This document shows positions 17,963 through 27,800 of a stretch of DNA of 64,000 nt, one piece after another. A program made the position numbers and the translations under genes. The notes beneath the pieces were generated by a model. It made no database searches and was not told where the DNA came from. It was given only the letters and a program-made list of their open reading frames with translations. Positions within the stretch are counted from its first letter, which is position 1. Each line of letters opens with the position of its first letter. The DNA is from an uncultured Actinomycetes bacterium (GTDB taxonomy: Bacteria; Actinomycetota; UBA4738; HRBIN12), in NCBI GenBank assembly GCA_963832225.1, contig CAWHTI010000013.1, positions 122,315-186,314 on the forward strand. Direction: 5' to 3'.

Positions 17963-19099
17963 ATGGAGCTCACCTACGTCCTGCCGCTGCGGTGCGAGGC
18001 AGGACACGGCGACCACGCCGACCTCCTTCCCTACCTGAAGGAGCTGGCGACCGCAGCCGAGGTGATCGTGGCCGACGGGTCGCCGCCGGTGGCCTTCGCG
18101 GAGCACGCCGCGTCGTTCCCGCCCGGCGTCCGTCACATGCCACCCGATCCCGTCCTGCGATCCGCGAACGGCAAGGTGAACGGCGTCGCGACGGGCGTCC
18201 GCGCGGCCTCGTTCGAGACCGTCGTGATCGCCGACGACGACGTCCGGTACCGGCCCGAGCAGCTCCGCACGATCGCCGAGCGCCTCCGGACCGCGGACCT
18301 CGTGATCCCGGCCAACGCCTTCGAAGCGCTCCCTCCCGGGCCCCTGCCGTGGCACGCACGGTGGGACACGGCGAGGACGCTGCTCAATCGCGTCACCGGC
18401 CACGACTTCCCCGGCACGCTCGCGCTGCGACGGTCGACGTTCCGGCGGATCGAGGGCTACGACGGCGACGTGCTGTTCGAGAACCTGGAGCTGATCCGGA
18501 CGGTGCGGGCGGGCGGCGGCGTCCTGGTGGCGGCGTCGGACGTGATCGTCGCCCGGCGTCCGCCGACGACGCGCGGATTCCTCCACCAGCGAGTCCGGCA
18601 GGCCTACGACGACCTGGCGCAGCCCGCGCGGCTCGTGGCGCATCTGGCCCTGCTGCCGGCGGCGGTCGCCCTCGCGCGCGGCCGGCGATGGACGACGCTC
18701 GCGGCGGCGGGCGCCGGCGCCGTCGGGCTCGCGGAGATCGGACGCCGCCGCCACGGGGGCAGCGTGGCTTACCCAGCCTCGGCGTCGTGGTTCGCACCGG
18801 CCTGGCTCACGGAGCGCGCGATCTGCGTCTGGCTCGCGGTGGCGGCACGCCTTGTGCTCGGCGGGTGTCCGTACCGCGGCGTGGTGCTGCGTCGGGCCGC
18901 GACGCCGATGCGGGAGCTCCGCCGGCGGGCGCAGGGTCAGCGCGCCGCGGCGGGACGTGACAGCGCGGCGGCGTGGGTGCCGTCGCAGAGCGGCTTGCTC
19001 CTCGATCGGCCGCATCGGCAGAGCGCCACCACGGCGCGGCAGACCTCGAGCTCCTCGCCGTCCTCTCCCACCAGCCGCACGGGGCCCCGCACGAGGTAG
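17963..19099 (+). CDS. Glycosyltransferase family 2
   Basis: YVLP, VIVADGS, NGKV, IADDDVRY, QRVRQ (QxxRW-like); tail overlaps the convergent CDGSH gene. Confidence 0.8.
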   Translation: MELTYVLPLRCEAGHGDHADLLPYLKELATAAEVIVADGSPPVAFAEHAASFPPGVRHMPPDPVLRSANGKVNGVATGVRAASFETVVIADDDVRYRPEQLRTIAERLRTADLVIPANAFEALPPGPLPWHARWDTARTLLNRVTGHDFPGTLALRRSTFRRIEGYDGDVLFENLELIRTVRAGGGVLVAASDVIVARRPPTTRGFLHQRVRQAYDDLAQPARLVAHLALLPAAVALARGRRWTTLAAAGAGAVGLAEIGRRRHGGSVAYPASASWFAPAWLTERAICVWLAVAARLVLGGCPYRGVVLRRAATPMRELRRRAQGQRAAAGRDSAAAWVPSQSGLLLDRPHRQSATTARQTSSSSPSSPTSRTGPRTR

Positions 19100-19143
19100 G
19101 GACCCTCGCGATAGGCCGTGATGGACGGGGTGCGCTCCTGCAT
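18937..19143 (-). CDS. CDGSH iron-sulfur domain protein
   Basis: GPYLVRG...ALCRCGRSRSKPLCDGTH. Confidence 0.88.
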   Translation of the reverse strand: MQERTPSITAYREGPYLVRGPVRLVGEDGEELEVCRAVVALCRCGRSRSKPLCDGTHAAALSRPAAAR

Positions 19144-19295
19144 GGGCCACACCGCTACCCGGCGATGCACGGGGCAAACGAACCCGAACGAGCCCGGCGA
19201 GGCCGGCCCGGCCGCCCGGGTCCGTGACCGATGGTCACATCCCGTGCCGCGCAACCGACCCAGCCGCCCGGCGGTCTGACGCTACCCTGGGCGCG

Positions 19296-21284
19296 ATGCC
19301 CGAGACCCGCCACACCTTCGTTCCGATGACCGACGGCGTCCGGATCCACGCCACGCTGATCCTCCCCGACGGCGACGGCGGCCCGTGGCCGGCGATCCTG
19401 GAGGTCCTCCCCTACCGCAAGGACGACCTGACGGCCTCGTACCGTCCGGACTACGTCCGTCTCGCGGAACACGGCTACGTCGTGTGCCGCGCCGACGTCC
19501 GCGGCACCGGCACGAGCGAGGGCGTCTCGCCCGACGAGTACACGCGCGAGGAGCGCTCCGATCTGGTGACGCTCATCGAATGGCTCGCGACACAGGACTG
19601 GAGCACCGGGAGCGTCGGCATGTACGGCACGTCGTACTCGGGGTTCAACTCGATCCACGCCGCCATGGAACGGCCGCCGGCGCTGAAGGCCATCATCCCG
19701 ATCTTCGCCACCGACGATCGCTACGCCGACGACGTCCACTACTTCGGCGGCGCGTTGAAGGCCCTCGACCTCGTGGACTACCCCTCGTACATGGTGGCGA
19801 TGAACGCGCTGCCGCCGGTACCGGCCCACTTCGGCGAGGGGTGGCGCGACGAGTGGGAGCGCCGCGTCGCGGCGAACGAGCCGTGGGTGATCCCGTGGCT
19901 GGAGCACCAGCGCTACGACGACTACTGGAAGTACGGCTCGCTGATCGAGGACTACGGCTCGATCGAGGCCGCGACCATGATCATCGCCGGCTGGGCCGAC
20001 GGCTACACGAACAATTCGTTGCGCACGCTCGAGCAGCTGCGCTGCCCGGCCCGCGTGATCATCGGCCCGTGGGCGCACCAGGCCACCGACACGTCCAGGC
20101 CGGGGCCGAACGTCGACATCCTCCCCGAGCAGCTCCGCTGGTGGGACCGGTGGCTGAAAGGTGTCGACAACGGTGTCGATCGCGAGCCGCCGATCGTGCT
20201 GTTCGCACGCCGCAGCACGAAGCCCGAACCCGATCTCGCCTCCGTGAACGGGGAGTGGCGCTACGAGCCGGCGTGGCCGGCCGAGCGGCTCGTGGAGCGT
20301 CCGTTCGAGCTCGCCAAGGCCGACAGGGCCGGGGGCGCGGAGATGAACGGGGCCGACACGCTCGACGTTGCGCGCGGCGACGTCGGGTGGACGGCCTGGA
20401 TCTCCTGCGCCGGCTACCTGCCGTGGGGTCAGCCACAGGACCAGCGTCCGGACGAGCTCTGGTCGCTCGTCTACGACTGGGCGCCGCTCGAGGACGACCT
20501 CGACATCCTGGGCCATCCCGTGCTGGAGGTGACGGTGACGTCCTCCGTTCCCGTCGCGTACCTGTCCGCCAAGCTCTGCGATGTGTTCCCCGACGGAACG
20601 AGCGCACTCGTGACGCGCGGGATGTTGAACCTCGCGCACCGCGACTCGCGCGAGGATCCGGCGCCGCTGGAGCCGGGGGTGCCGACGCGCGTGCGGATCC
20701 CGCTCGAGGTCACGTCCTGGACGTTCGACGCCGGGAACCGGCTCCGCCTGGACCTCGCGGGCTCGGACTGGCCGAACGCGTGGTCGCCGCCGCAGGCGCA
20801 CACGATCACGATCGACCGCGCGTCGGCGGTGCTGACGCTGCCGGTGATGGACGGGCCCTCGCCGGTCGCCGAGCGACCGGTGCTCGCCCCGCCGAACGTC
20901 ACTCCCACCCACGCGGAGCCGCCCGGCGACACGCCCGACGGCGTCCTGATCTGGCGGGTGGAGCACGACATCCTGGGACGGGAGACCCGCGCCGTCACGG
21001 AGACCTCGGGCTGGACCCAGGCCGAGGGCGAGTTCCCGCGCTGCTACGAGCGGTACGCCGGCGTGACGGCGGTCTCCACCACCGATCCCGGCACGGGACG
21101 GGCGGAGGGCTTCGCGAAGCTCTCGATCGAGTGGCCCGAGGCCACGGTCACGACGACCGCCAGGAACACGATCCGCAGCGACCGGGACGCCTACCATCTG
21201 GACCTGCACCTGCGGGTCGAGGAGAACGGCGAGGAGCGCTGGTCACGCCGGTGGACCCGGACGTTCCCCCGGGATCACCAATAG
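19296..21284 (+). CDS. CocE/NonD family hydrolase (X-Pro dipeptidyl-peptidase-like)
   Basis: PYRKDD, DVRGTGTSEG, GMYGTSYSG nucleophile elbow, GWADGY, IGPWAH. Confidence 0.9.
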   Translation: MPETRHTFVPMTDGVRIHATLILPDGDGGPWPAILEVLPYRKDDLTASYRPDYVRLAEHGYVVCRADVRGTGTSEGVSPDEYTREERSDLVTLIEWLATQDWSTGSVGMYGTSYSGFNSIHAAMERPPALKAIIPIFATDDRYADDVHYFGGALKALDLVDYPSYMVAMNALPPVPAHFGEGWRDEWERRVAANEPWVIPWLEHQRYDDYWKYGSLIEDYGSIEAATMIIAGWADGYTNNSLRTLEQLRCPARVIIGPWAHQATDTSRPGPNVDILPEQLRWWDRWLKGVDNGVDREPPIVLFARRSTKPEPDLASVNGEWRYEPAWPAERLVERPFELAKADRAGGAEMNGADTLDVARGDVGWTAWISCAGYLPWGQPQDQRPDELWSLVYDWAPLEDDLDILGHPVLEVTVTSSVPVAYLSAKLCDVFPDGTSALVTRGMLNLAHRDSREDPAPLEPGVPTRVRIPLEVTSWTFDAGNRLRLDLAGSDWPNAWSPPQAHTITIDRASAVLTLPVMDGPSPVAERPVLAPPNVTPTHAEPPGDTPDGVLIWRVEHDILGRETRAVTETSGWTQAEGEFPRCYERYAGVTAVSTTDPGTGRAEGFAKLSIEWPEATVTTTARNTIRSDRDAYHLDLHLRVEENGEERWSRRWTRTFPRDHQ

Positions 21285-21416
21285 GCGGACCGGCACCAGG
21301 ACCCCGGATACGCGAAACCCCGGCGCCAGAGCGGCCCGGGGCATCGGTCTTGGTTCGGATATCCGAAACCTAGTGTACAGGAGCGACCCGCAGGGCGCCA
21401 GGGGGTGCTATCAGGC

Positions 21417-21980
21417 TCATTCCGCGGGCTCGTCCTGGGACTGACCCTCGGTGACCGCCACACCGGCCTCCTCCACGGTCAGGCCCTCCCGGCGCCGCTG
21501 CTCCTCCTCGGCGGTCTCGCGCGTCAGCGGCGCGATCACCACCGGGTCGTCGCGGAACAGATCCTTCGTGAGCATCCGGATGCCGAGGGACGGCCGGCCG
21601 GCGGCGAACACCACCGCGTCCCGGCGTGCGACATCGGTGTCGACGTACATCGGAGCCTGGAAGAACAGTCCGAGCGGCGGCAGCGAGCCGGGCTCGTACT
21701 CGGGGTAGTTGCGGAGCAGATCCCGCTCGCCCGCCATGCGAACGTCCGAGTCGCCGAGCGCCGTGACGACGAGCGACTCGTCGACCTCGCGGCCGGCGCC
21801 GACCACGAGCAGCGCGTGCCCGTACCGCGTGGTGATCACGACGGTGGTCACCACCTCGTCGCGCGGGAAGCCGTGGCGACCGGCCGTCTCCTCCACGGTG
21901 ACGGCGCCAGGCTGGGGCAGCACCAGGAAGGGCACGCCACGCCCCTGCAGGTACTCCATGACCGGCGACATCGGCGGCAT
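21417..21980 (-). CDS. YbaK/ProX-type aminoacyl-tRNA editing domain protein
   Basis: YPEYEPGSLPPLG, MYVD, VVFAAG. Confidence 0.8.
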   Translation of the reverse strand: MPPMSPVMEYLQGRGVPFLVLPQPGAVTVEETAGRHGFPRDEVVTTVVITTRYGHALLVVGAGREVDESLVVTALGDSDVRMAGERDLLRNYPEYEPGSLPPLGLFFQAPMYVDTDVARRDAVVFAAGRPSLGIRMLTKDLFRDDPVVIAPLTRETAEEEQRRREGLTVEEAGVAVTEGQSQDEPAE

Positions 21981-21988
21981 CTCCTCCC

Positions 21989-22017
21989 CAGGGGCTCAAG
22001 GAGCGAAGCGGTAGCCC
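21989..22017. repeat. Dispersed short imperfect palindrome, copy 1
   Basis: CAGGGGCTCAAGGAGCGAAGCGGTAGCCC; near-identical reverse-complement copies at 25073-25145. Confidence 0.7.
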
Positions 22018-22084
22018 TCCCCGAAAGGTCAGCATCCATCTTAGGCGTCGGGCGGCACCTCGGAACCGGCCGAAGGATGGCTCG

Positions 22085-22810
22085 TCATCCGAAGCCGGGG
22101 AGGTGCTCCCTGAACAGGATGAACCCCACCCCCGCCCCCACATCGAGCAGGAGGTGGGCCACCACGAATGGCCAGGCGCGGCGCGTCCTGGTGAACAGCC
22201 ACGCGAACAGCAGGCCCATCGCGAGGTTGCCCGCGAACCCCCCGAAACCCTGATACAGGTGGTAGGAGCCGCGCAGCAGCGCGCTGGCCGCGATCGAGCG
22301 GCGGTCGCTCCACCCCAGCTGCCCCAGTCGCGTGACGAGGTAGGCCACCACGACCACCTCCTCCTTCAACGCGGCCTCGGCCGAGTTCAGGATCAGCGCC
22401 GGCACCGTCCACCAATGACCGAGCGGCGGGACCGGCACGACGAACCGGTTCACGTCCAGAGCGACCGCCGCCAGATAGACCCCGATCCCCGCCACCCCCA
22501 CCACCGCGAACAGCGCCGTCCCCCGGACGAGGTCCTCCGCCGGGCGGTCGCCGTCCAGTCCGATGCCGCGCAGTCCCTCGCCCGTCCGCCGGACCAGATG
22601 GACGACCAGGTACACGGGGCCGAGCCCGAACACGAATCCGGCGAGCTGCTTCGCGAGCTCGCTGCTCTGATTGCCGGCCGCCACGTACACGCCCGCGAGC
22701 GGGGCGGACAGCAGGTCGATGATCGCGTACACCGCGCTCGCCAGCACGGAGAGCATCAGGACGACCGCCACCTCCTCGCGCAGCAGGCGACGGTCGAGCG
22801 CCGGTTCCAT
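22085..22810 (-). CDS. CPBP (CAAX protease/Abi) intramembrane metalloprotease
   Basis: EEVVVVAYL, LRGSYHLYQG, PFVVAH. Confidence 0.88.
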   Translation of the reverse strand: MEPALDRRLLREEVAVVLMLSVLASAVYAIIDLLSAPLAGVYVAAGNQSSELAKQLAGFVFGLGPVYLVVHLVRRTGEGLRGIGLDGDRPAEDLVRGTALFAVVGVAGIGVYLAAVALDVNRFVVPVPPLGHWWTVPALILNSAEAALKEEVVVVAYLVTRLGQLGWSDRRSIAASALLRGSYHLYQGFGGFAGNLAMGLLFAWLFTRTRRAWPFVVAHLLLDVGAGVGFILFREHLPGFG

Positions 22811-22884
22811 GCGGCTCACTGTACGTTCGCGTCCTTCTCTACACTTCGACCTCCGGACCATCCGACGACGGGAGAGGTGCACGC

Positions 22885-24099
22885 GTGGCGAAGCGGGAGA
22901 CGGCCGACCTGGTGGTGGTCGGCGCCGGGACGGTCGGCGGATGGGCGAGCTGGTTCGCGGCCACCGGCGGCGCGGACCGGGTCGTGGTCCTGGAGCGGGG
23001 GCTGGCGGGGCAGGGCGCGTCGTCCCGCGCCGCGGGCGTCGTCCGACAGCAGGGTGGTACGCCGGCGACGGTGGAGCTGGGCCGGTGGAGCGTCGACTTC
23101 TACCGCGGCCAGCAGGCCGCGCTCGGCACCGACTCCGGCTTTCGCGAGCTCGGCTACGTCATCCTGGCCACCACCGCGGCCGAGGAGCGCGCCGGCCGCG
23201 CGCGGGTGGCCATGCAGCGGGACACCGGCCTCGACGTGCGATGGGTCGACGCCGGCGAGGCCCATCGTCTGGATCCGACGCTCGCGGCCGGCGGCCATCG
23301 CGGCGGCAGCTACCTCGCAACCGACGGATACGTCGACCCGCCGAGGAACGTGCGCGCCTACTCGCTCGCGATGCAGGCGGGGGGCGTGTCGCTGCGGGAG
23401 CGCTGTGCGTTCCTGGGACTCCGCACCGCGGTCGCACGCGGCGGACGCCGGCGCGTCACCGGCGTCGAGACGACCGCGGGCACGATCGCCACGTCCCGCG
23501 TGCTGCTCACCGGCGGCCCGTCGCTGCGCGAGGTCGGCGGGCTCGTCGGCGCCCGCCTGTGGGTCGGCGCCGCCCGGCACCAGGTGGCCGTGAGCGAGCC
23601 GCACCCCGACTTCGACGTCGAGCGCCGGCCGATGGTGTTCGACATGGGCGCCGGTCTGTACTGGCGGCTGGAGGAGGGCGGTCTGCTCTGGGGCATGAGC
23701 AACCCAAAGGAGACGCTCGGTGAGGCGCGAACGCTCGACTGGGCCTACCTCAGGAGGATGCAGCGCCGCCTGGCGAAGCTGGTGCCGGTCACCGCCACCC
23801 TCGGGATCCGCAAGGCGTGGGCGGCCACGATCGAGTACACGCCCGATCACCTGCCCTTGCTCGGACCCCTGGTGACCCGCGACGGACGCGAGGTGGACGG
23901 CGCATCGGTGGCCTGCGCGTGCGGTCACGGCATGATGTGGGGCCCCGCCGTCGCGCGGTGTGCCGCGGACCTCGCGCTGGAGGGTCGCACGGACGTCGTG
24001 GACGCCGCCGACTTCCGGATGGACCGCTTCGACGAGCGCGGCCGCTCTCCGTTCGTCGACCCGGTGGCGCTCCCCTTCCCGATCAGCGTCGAGGACTAG
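22885..24099 (+). CDS. FAD-dependent oxidoreductase (sarcosine oxidase beta/DAO family)
   Basis: VVGAGTVG, GASSRAAG, DGYVDP, YTPDHLP, GHGMMWGP. Confidence 0.88.
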   Translation: MAKRETADLVVVGAGTVGGWASWFAATGGADRVVVLERGLAGQGASSRAAGVVRQQGGTPATVELGRWSVDFYRGQQAALGTDSGFRELGYVILATTAAEERAGRARVAMQRDTGLDVRWVDAGEAHRLDPTLAAGGHRGGSYLATDGYVDPPRNVRAYSLAMQAGGVSLRERCAFLGLRTAVARGGRRRVTGVETTAGTIATSRVLLTGGPSLREVGGLVGARLWVGAARHQVAVSEPHPDFDVERRPMVFDMGAGLYWRLEEGGLLWGMSNPKETLGEARTLDWAYLRRMQRRLAKLVPVTATLGIRKAWAATIEYTPDHLPLLGPLVTRDGREVDGASVACACGHGMMWGPAVARCAADLALEGRTDVVDAADFRMDRFDERGRSPFVDPVALPFPISVED

Positions 24100-24103
24100 C
24101 CGC

Positions 24104-24811
24104 TCAGGTCAGCGCGACGTCGACGAGGATCAGTTCGGAGTCGGCGGCGGCCTCGATGGCGACCGACGGCTCGTCGCGGATCTGCGCCGCCGCCCCGGTC
24201 TCCATGCGCTCGCCGTTCACCTCGACGTCTCCCTCGATCACGTAGAGGTAGACGCCGCGGCCGGAGGGCAGGTCGTGCTTCACCGAGGCGCCGCCGGTGA
24301 GCCTCGACACGAAGACGTGCGCGTCCTGGTGCACCAGCACGGCGTCGCCGCCGTCGCCGCTGATCGCCCGCAGCAACGTGTCGGTCCGGTCCTCGGTCGA
24401 GAACACCTTCTGCTCCACGGCGGGCGTGAGCCCCTGCTCCGCCGGCATGATCCACATCTGGATGAACCGCATGCCCTCGGTCTCGCTGGCGTTCTGCTCG
24501 CTGTGCAGCGCGCCGGAGCCGAGCGTCATCCGCTGCACCGCACCGGCGGGCAGTGGACCGGGTGCGCCGCCGACGTCGTCCTGGTGGCGGAACGACCCCT
24601 CCACCACATAGGTCAGGCCCTCGATGTCGCGGTGCGGATGCATCGGCCAGATCGCGCCGGGGACGAGCCGGTCGTCGTTGAAGACCCGCAGCGTGCCGAA
24701 GCTCACGTACTCTGGGTCGCGATAGGAGTCGAACGAGTAGTGCCACCGGGCGCGGAACCAGCCGCCGTCGACGTCGCTGATCTCGTCGTCGCGCCGGATC
24801 CGGATCGACAT
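24104..24811 (-). CDS. Pirin family protein
   Basis: FGTLRVFNDD, HPHRDIE, HQD, HSEQN, QMWI. Confidence 0.92.
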   Translation of the reverse strand: MSIRIRRDDEISDVDGGWFRARWHYSFDSYRDPEYVSFGTLRVFNDDRLVPGAIWPMHPHRDIEGLTYVVEGSFRHQDDVGGAPGPLPAGAVQRMTLGSGALHSEQNASETEGMRFIQMWIMPAEQGLTPAVEQKVFSTEDRTDTLLRAISGDGGDAVLVHQDAHVFVSRLTGGASVKHDLPSGRGVYLYVIEGDVEVNGERMETGAAAQIRDEPSVAIEAAADSELILVDVALT

Positions 24812-24824
24812 CCCGGGCTCCGCC

Positions 24825-25061
24825 TCAGAGCTGCAGCACCGGACACGTCAGCGTGCGGGTAACGCCCTCGACCTCCTGGATGGGCATCACGACCTGCTTC
24901 GCCAGCTCGTCGAGGTCCACGGAGTCCGCCCGGGCGATCACGTCGTACGGTCCGGTGACGCCGTCCACCTGCACGATGCCGCTGAGGTCGCTCACCGCCT
25001 TCGTGACCTGGCTGGCCTTGCCGACTTCGGTCTGGATGAGCACGTAGGCGCTGACGGACAT
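24825..25061 (-). CDS. Lrp/AsnC ligand-binding domain protein
   Basis: AYVLIQTEVGK, VTGPYDVI, GVTRTLTCPV. Confidence 0.9.
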   Translation of the reverse strand: MSVSAYVLIQTEVGKASQVTKAVSDLSGIVQVDGVTGPYDVIARADSVDLDELAKQVVMPIQEVEGVTRTLTCPVLQL

Positions 25062-25072
25062 CTGGGCCTCCT

Positions 25073-25145
25073 CCTCTTGGGGCTATCGCTGCGCTGCTTG
25101 AGCCCCTGCCTCTTGGGCTATCGCTGCGCTACTTGAGCCCCTGCC
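25073..25145. repeat. Tandem pair of the same short palindrome (about 35-bp unit)
   Basis: CCTCTTGG(G)GCTATCGCTGCGCT(G/A)CTTGAGCCCCTG twice. Confidence 0.85.
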
Positions 25146-25238
25146 GGGTCGCGGTCGAGGCCACATGGTACGGAGGAACGCCCGGACGCGCGACTTTCGT
25201 ATTTGCTCGTTTCGTGGGTGTCTGCGACACTTCCGCGC

Positions 25239-26545
25239 ATGCGGAAGATCACCATCATCGGCGCCGGCAGCGTCGAGTTCACCCGCAACGTCCTGGCCGA
25301 TCTCACCTCCTACCGGGAGCTGCACGGCGACCTCACGATCGCGCTGCTGGACATCGACCCCGAGCGGCTCGACTACGCGAACCGCGCGGCCCGACAGGTG
25401 GTGGAGGTCGCGAGCGCCGGTTACCGGGTGGAGGCCTTCGAGGACCAGCGGCCGGCCTTCGACGGGGCCGACTACCTCGTGAACGAGATCCAGGTCGGCG
25501 GCTACCAGGCCACGACGACGGACTTCGAGGTCCCGATGAAGTACGGCGTGCGCCAGACGATCGCCGATACGCTCGGCATCGGCGGCATCATGCGCGGCCT
25601 CCGCACGATCCCGGTCGTCGCGGCGATGGGACGCGACATGGCCGAGGTCTGCCCCGATGCGCTGCTGCTGAACTACACCAACCCGATGGCGATGGTGCCG
25701 TGGGGTGTCTACGCGGGCTCGCCCTTCACGAACGTGGTCGGGGTCTGTCACAGCGTCCGCGACACGCACTCCTTCCTGGCGGAGCTCGTCGGCGTCCCGG
25801 AGTCCGACGTCGCGTTCCGCACGGCGGGATTCAACCACCAGTGCTTCGTGTACACGTTCCGCGACCGGCGCACCGGCGAGGACCTCTACCCCAGGCTGCG
25901 CGAGATCGTCGAGGCCGATCCGGAGGGGCTCGGCCGCCGCGTGCGCGTCGAGATCTTCAGGCGCTTCGGATACTTCCCCACGGAGTCCAGCGAGCACTCC
26001 AGCGAGTACGTCCCCTGGGTGCTCAAGCGCCCGGACCAGATCGAGCGCTTCCGCATCCTGGTGAACGACTACATCTATCGCTGTGACGAGAACCTGGCCG
26101 AGTACGAAGAGATGAAGCGGGCGCTGGACGGCGGCGAGATGCTCCCGCTCGAGCCCACGAGCGAGCTGGCCTCGGAGATCATCCACTCGATCGAGACCGG
26201 CACGCCGCGCGAGGTCTACGGCAACGTCCGCAACGGCGGGCTGATCGACGGGCTGCCCCGGACGCGTGCGTCGAGGTGCCGTGCCTCGTGGACAAGAACG
26301 GCGTGCAGCCGACGAGGATGGGCGCGTTGCCGCCGCAGACGCTCGCGCTCAACCGGACATTCGTGAACGTGGTCGAGCTCACCGTCCGCGCGGCGCTCGA
26401 GGAGTCGAGGTCGCTCGTCTACCAGGCGGCGCTGGTCGACCCCAACACGGCCGCGACGCTCACCACCACGGAGATCGTGGCGATGGTCGACGATCTGATC
26501 GACGCGCACGGGGACCTGATCCCCGAGGGCATCCGTCGCGGCTGA
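25239..26545 (+). CDS. GH4 NAD+/Mn2+-dependent alpha-galactosidase/glucosidase (MelA-like), one frameshift near 26260
   Basis: IGAGSVEF, QTIADTLGIGG, NYTNPM, GVCHSV, TESSEH; C-terminus (VPCLVD...ALVDPNT) in a shifted frame. Confidence 0.9.
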
Positions 26546-26554
26546 CGCGCGCCG

Positions 26555-27800
26555 TCACGGCACGATGCCGGGATCGGGCGGCGCGACCGCCTCGCCGTGC
26601 CCGGGGCCCGCCCCGCCCTCGCCGCCGTCCTGGCGTCCGAACTCGGGCGTGGACAGCGTGATCCACGACAGGGCGGCCCCCACCAGGACCAGGGCGGAGC
26701 TGCCGACGTACATCGTCACCGGGCCGAACGTCTCGTACACGAACCCGCCCAAGACGCCGCCCACGATCGGCGCGATGCCGAACGCCGCCGTGGAGGCCAT
26801 CGACTGGCCGGTCGCGTACAGCGACGACGGCACCATCTTGCCGACGATCACCACGCCGCTCGTGAACAGCAGCGAGAAGCCGAATCCCTCGAACACCGTC
26901 AGCAGCGACACGATCGTGGGGTTCGAGATGAGGCCCCACAACAGGAACCCCGTCGCGTACACCAGGCTCCCCAGCAGGTAGGTGCGCCGGATCCCGATCG
27001 TGCGCTGCAGGGTCGTGGACCACCGCATCACCGGCACCTCGACCGCGCCGCCGAGCGCCGTGCCCACCCCCACCAGGAACGGGCCGCCACCGCCGCGCTC
27101 GATCTTCAGCGAGATGAAGTTCCACGCGGCCGTGAACCCGATCCAGACGAACGTGATGCCGCCCAGATACATCCAGAACCGGGGCGCCTCCCGGAAGACG
27201 GCGCCCACCGCGCCGAGCCGGCCCTCGTGCTGCGTCCGGTGCGGCGGATCCGCCTCGATCGTCTGCGCCCACAGCAGGACCAGCAGGCTCGCGAACGCGT
27301 AGAAGGCCAGGGCGTATCGGACGCCGGCCACCTCGAGGAACGCGCCCAGCGCCAGACACGTCACCGCGTAGCTCAGGCTCTCCCAGCCGCGGATCCTGCC
27401 GTAGTCGGCCATCCGCTCGTCGCCGAGATACTCCAGCGCGATCGCGTCGATGCTGGGCCCGGTCGCGCTGCCGAAGCCCGCGAAGACCGCGGACAGGATC
27501 ACGATCGCCCAGACCCCGTGGCCGAACAGGAACACCGCGAGCGCCATGGCGCCGCCCGTCAGCACGCCCATCTGTAGCATCCTGCGTCGGCCGAACCTGC
27601 GTGTCGGCGAGGTGCCCGAGCACCGGGTTGCAGATCACCCGCGCGAACGCCATCACGGAGACCACGAGTCCGATCTCCTGACCGTCCAGGCCGCGGTCCT
27701 TCAGGAACAGGGCGAAGAACGGGAAGAAGCTCGCCACCACGATGCCGAACAGCACGAACAGCACCTGGATCGAGACGGCCGAGCGGACCTCGCGCTTCAC
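26555..27800 (-). CDS. MFS transporter, frameshift near 27600
   Basis: Multiple TM segments; GHLAD..., YGRIRGWESL, EVPVM. Confidence 0.85.
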
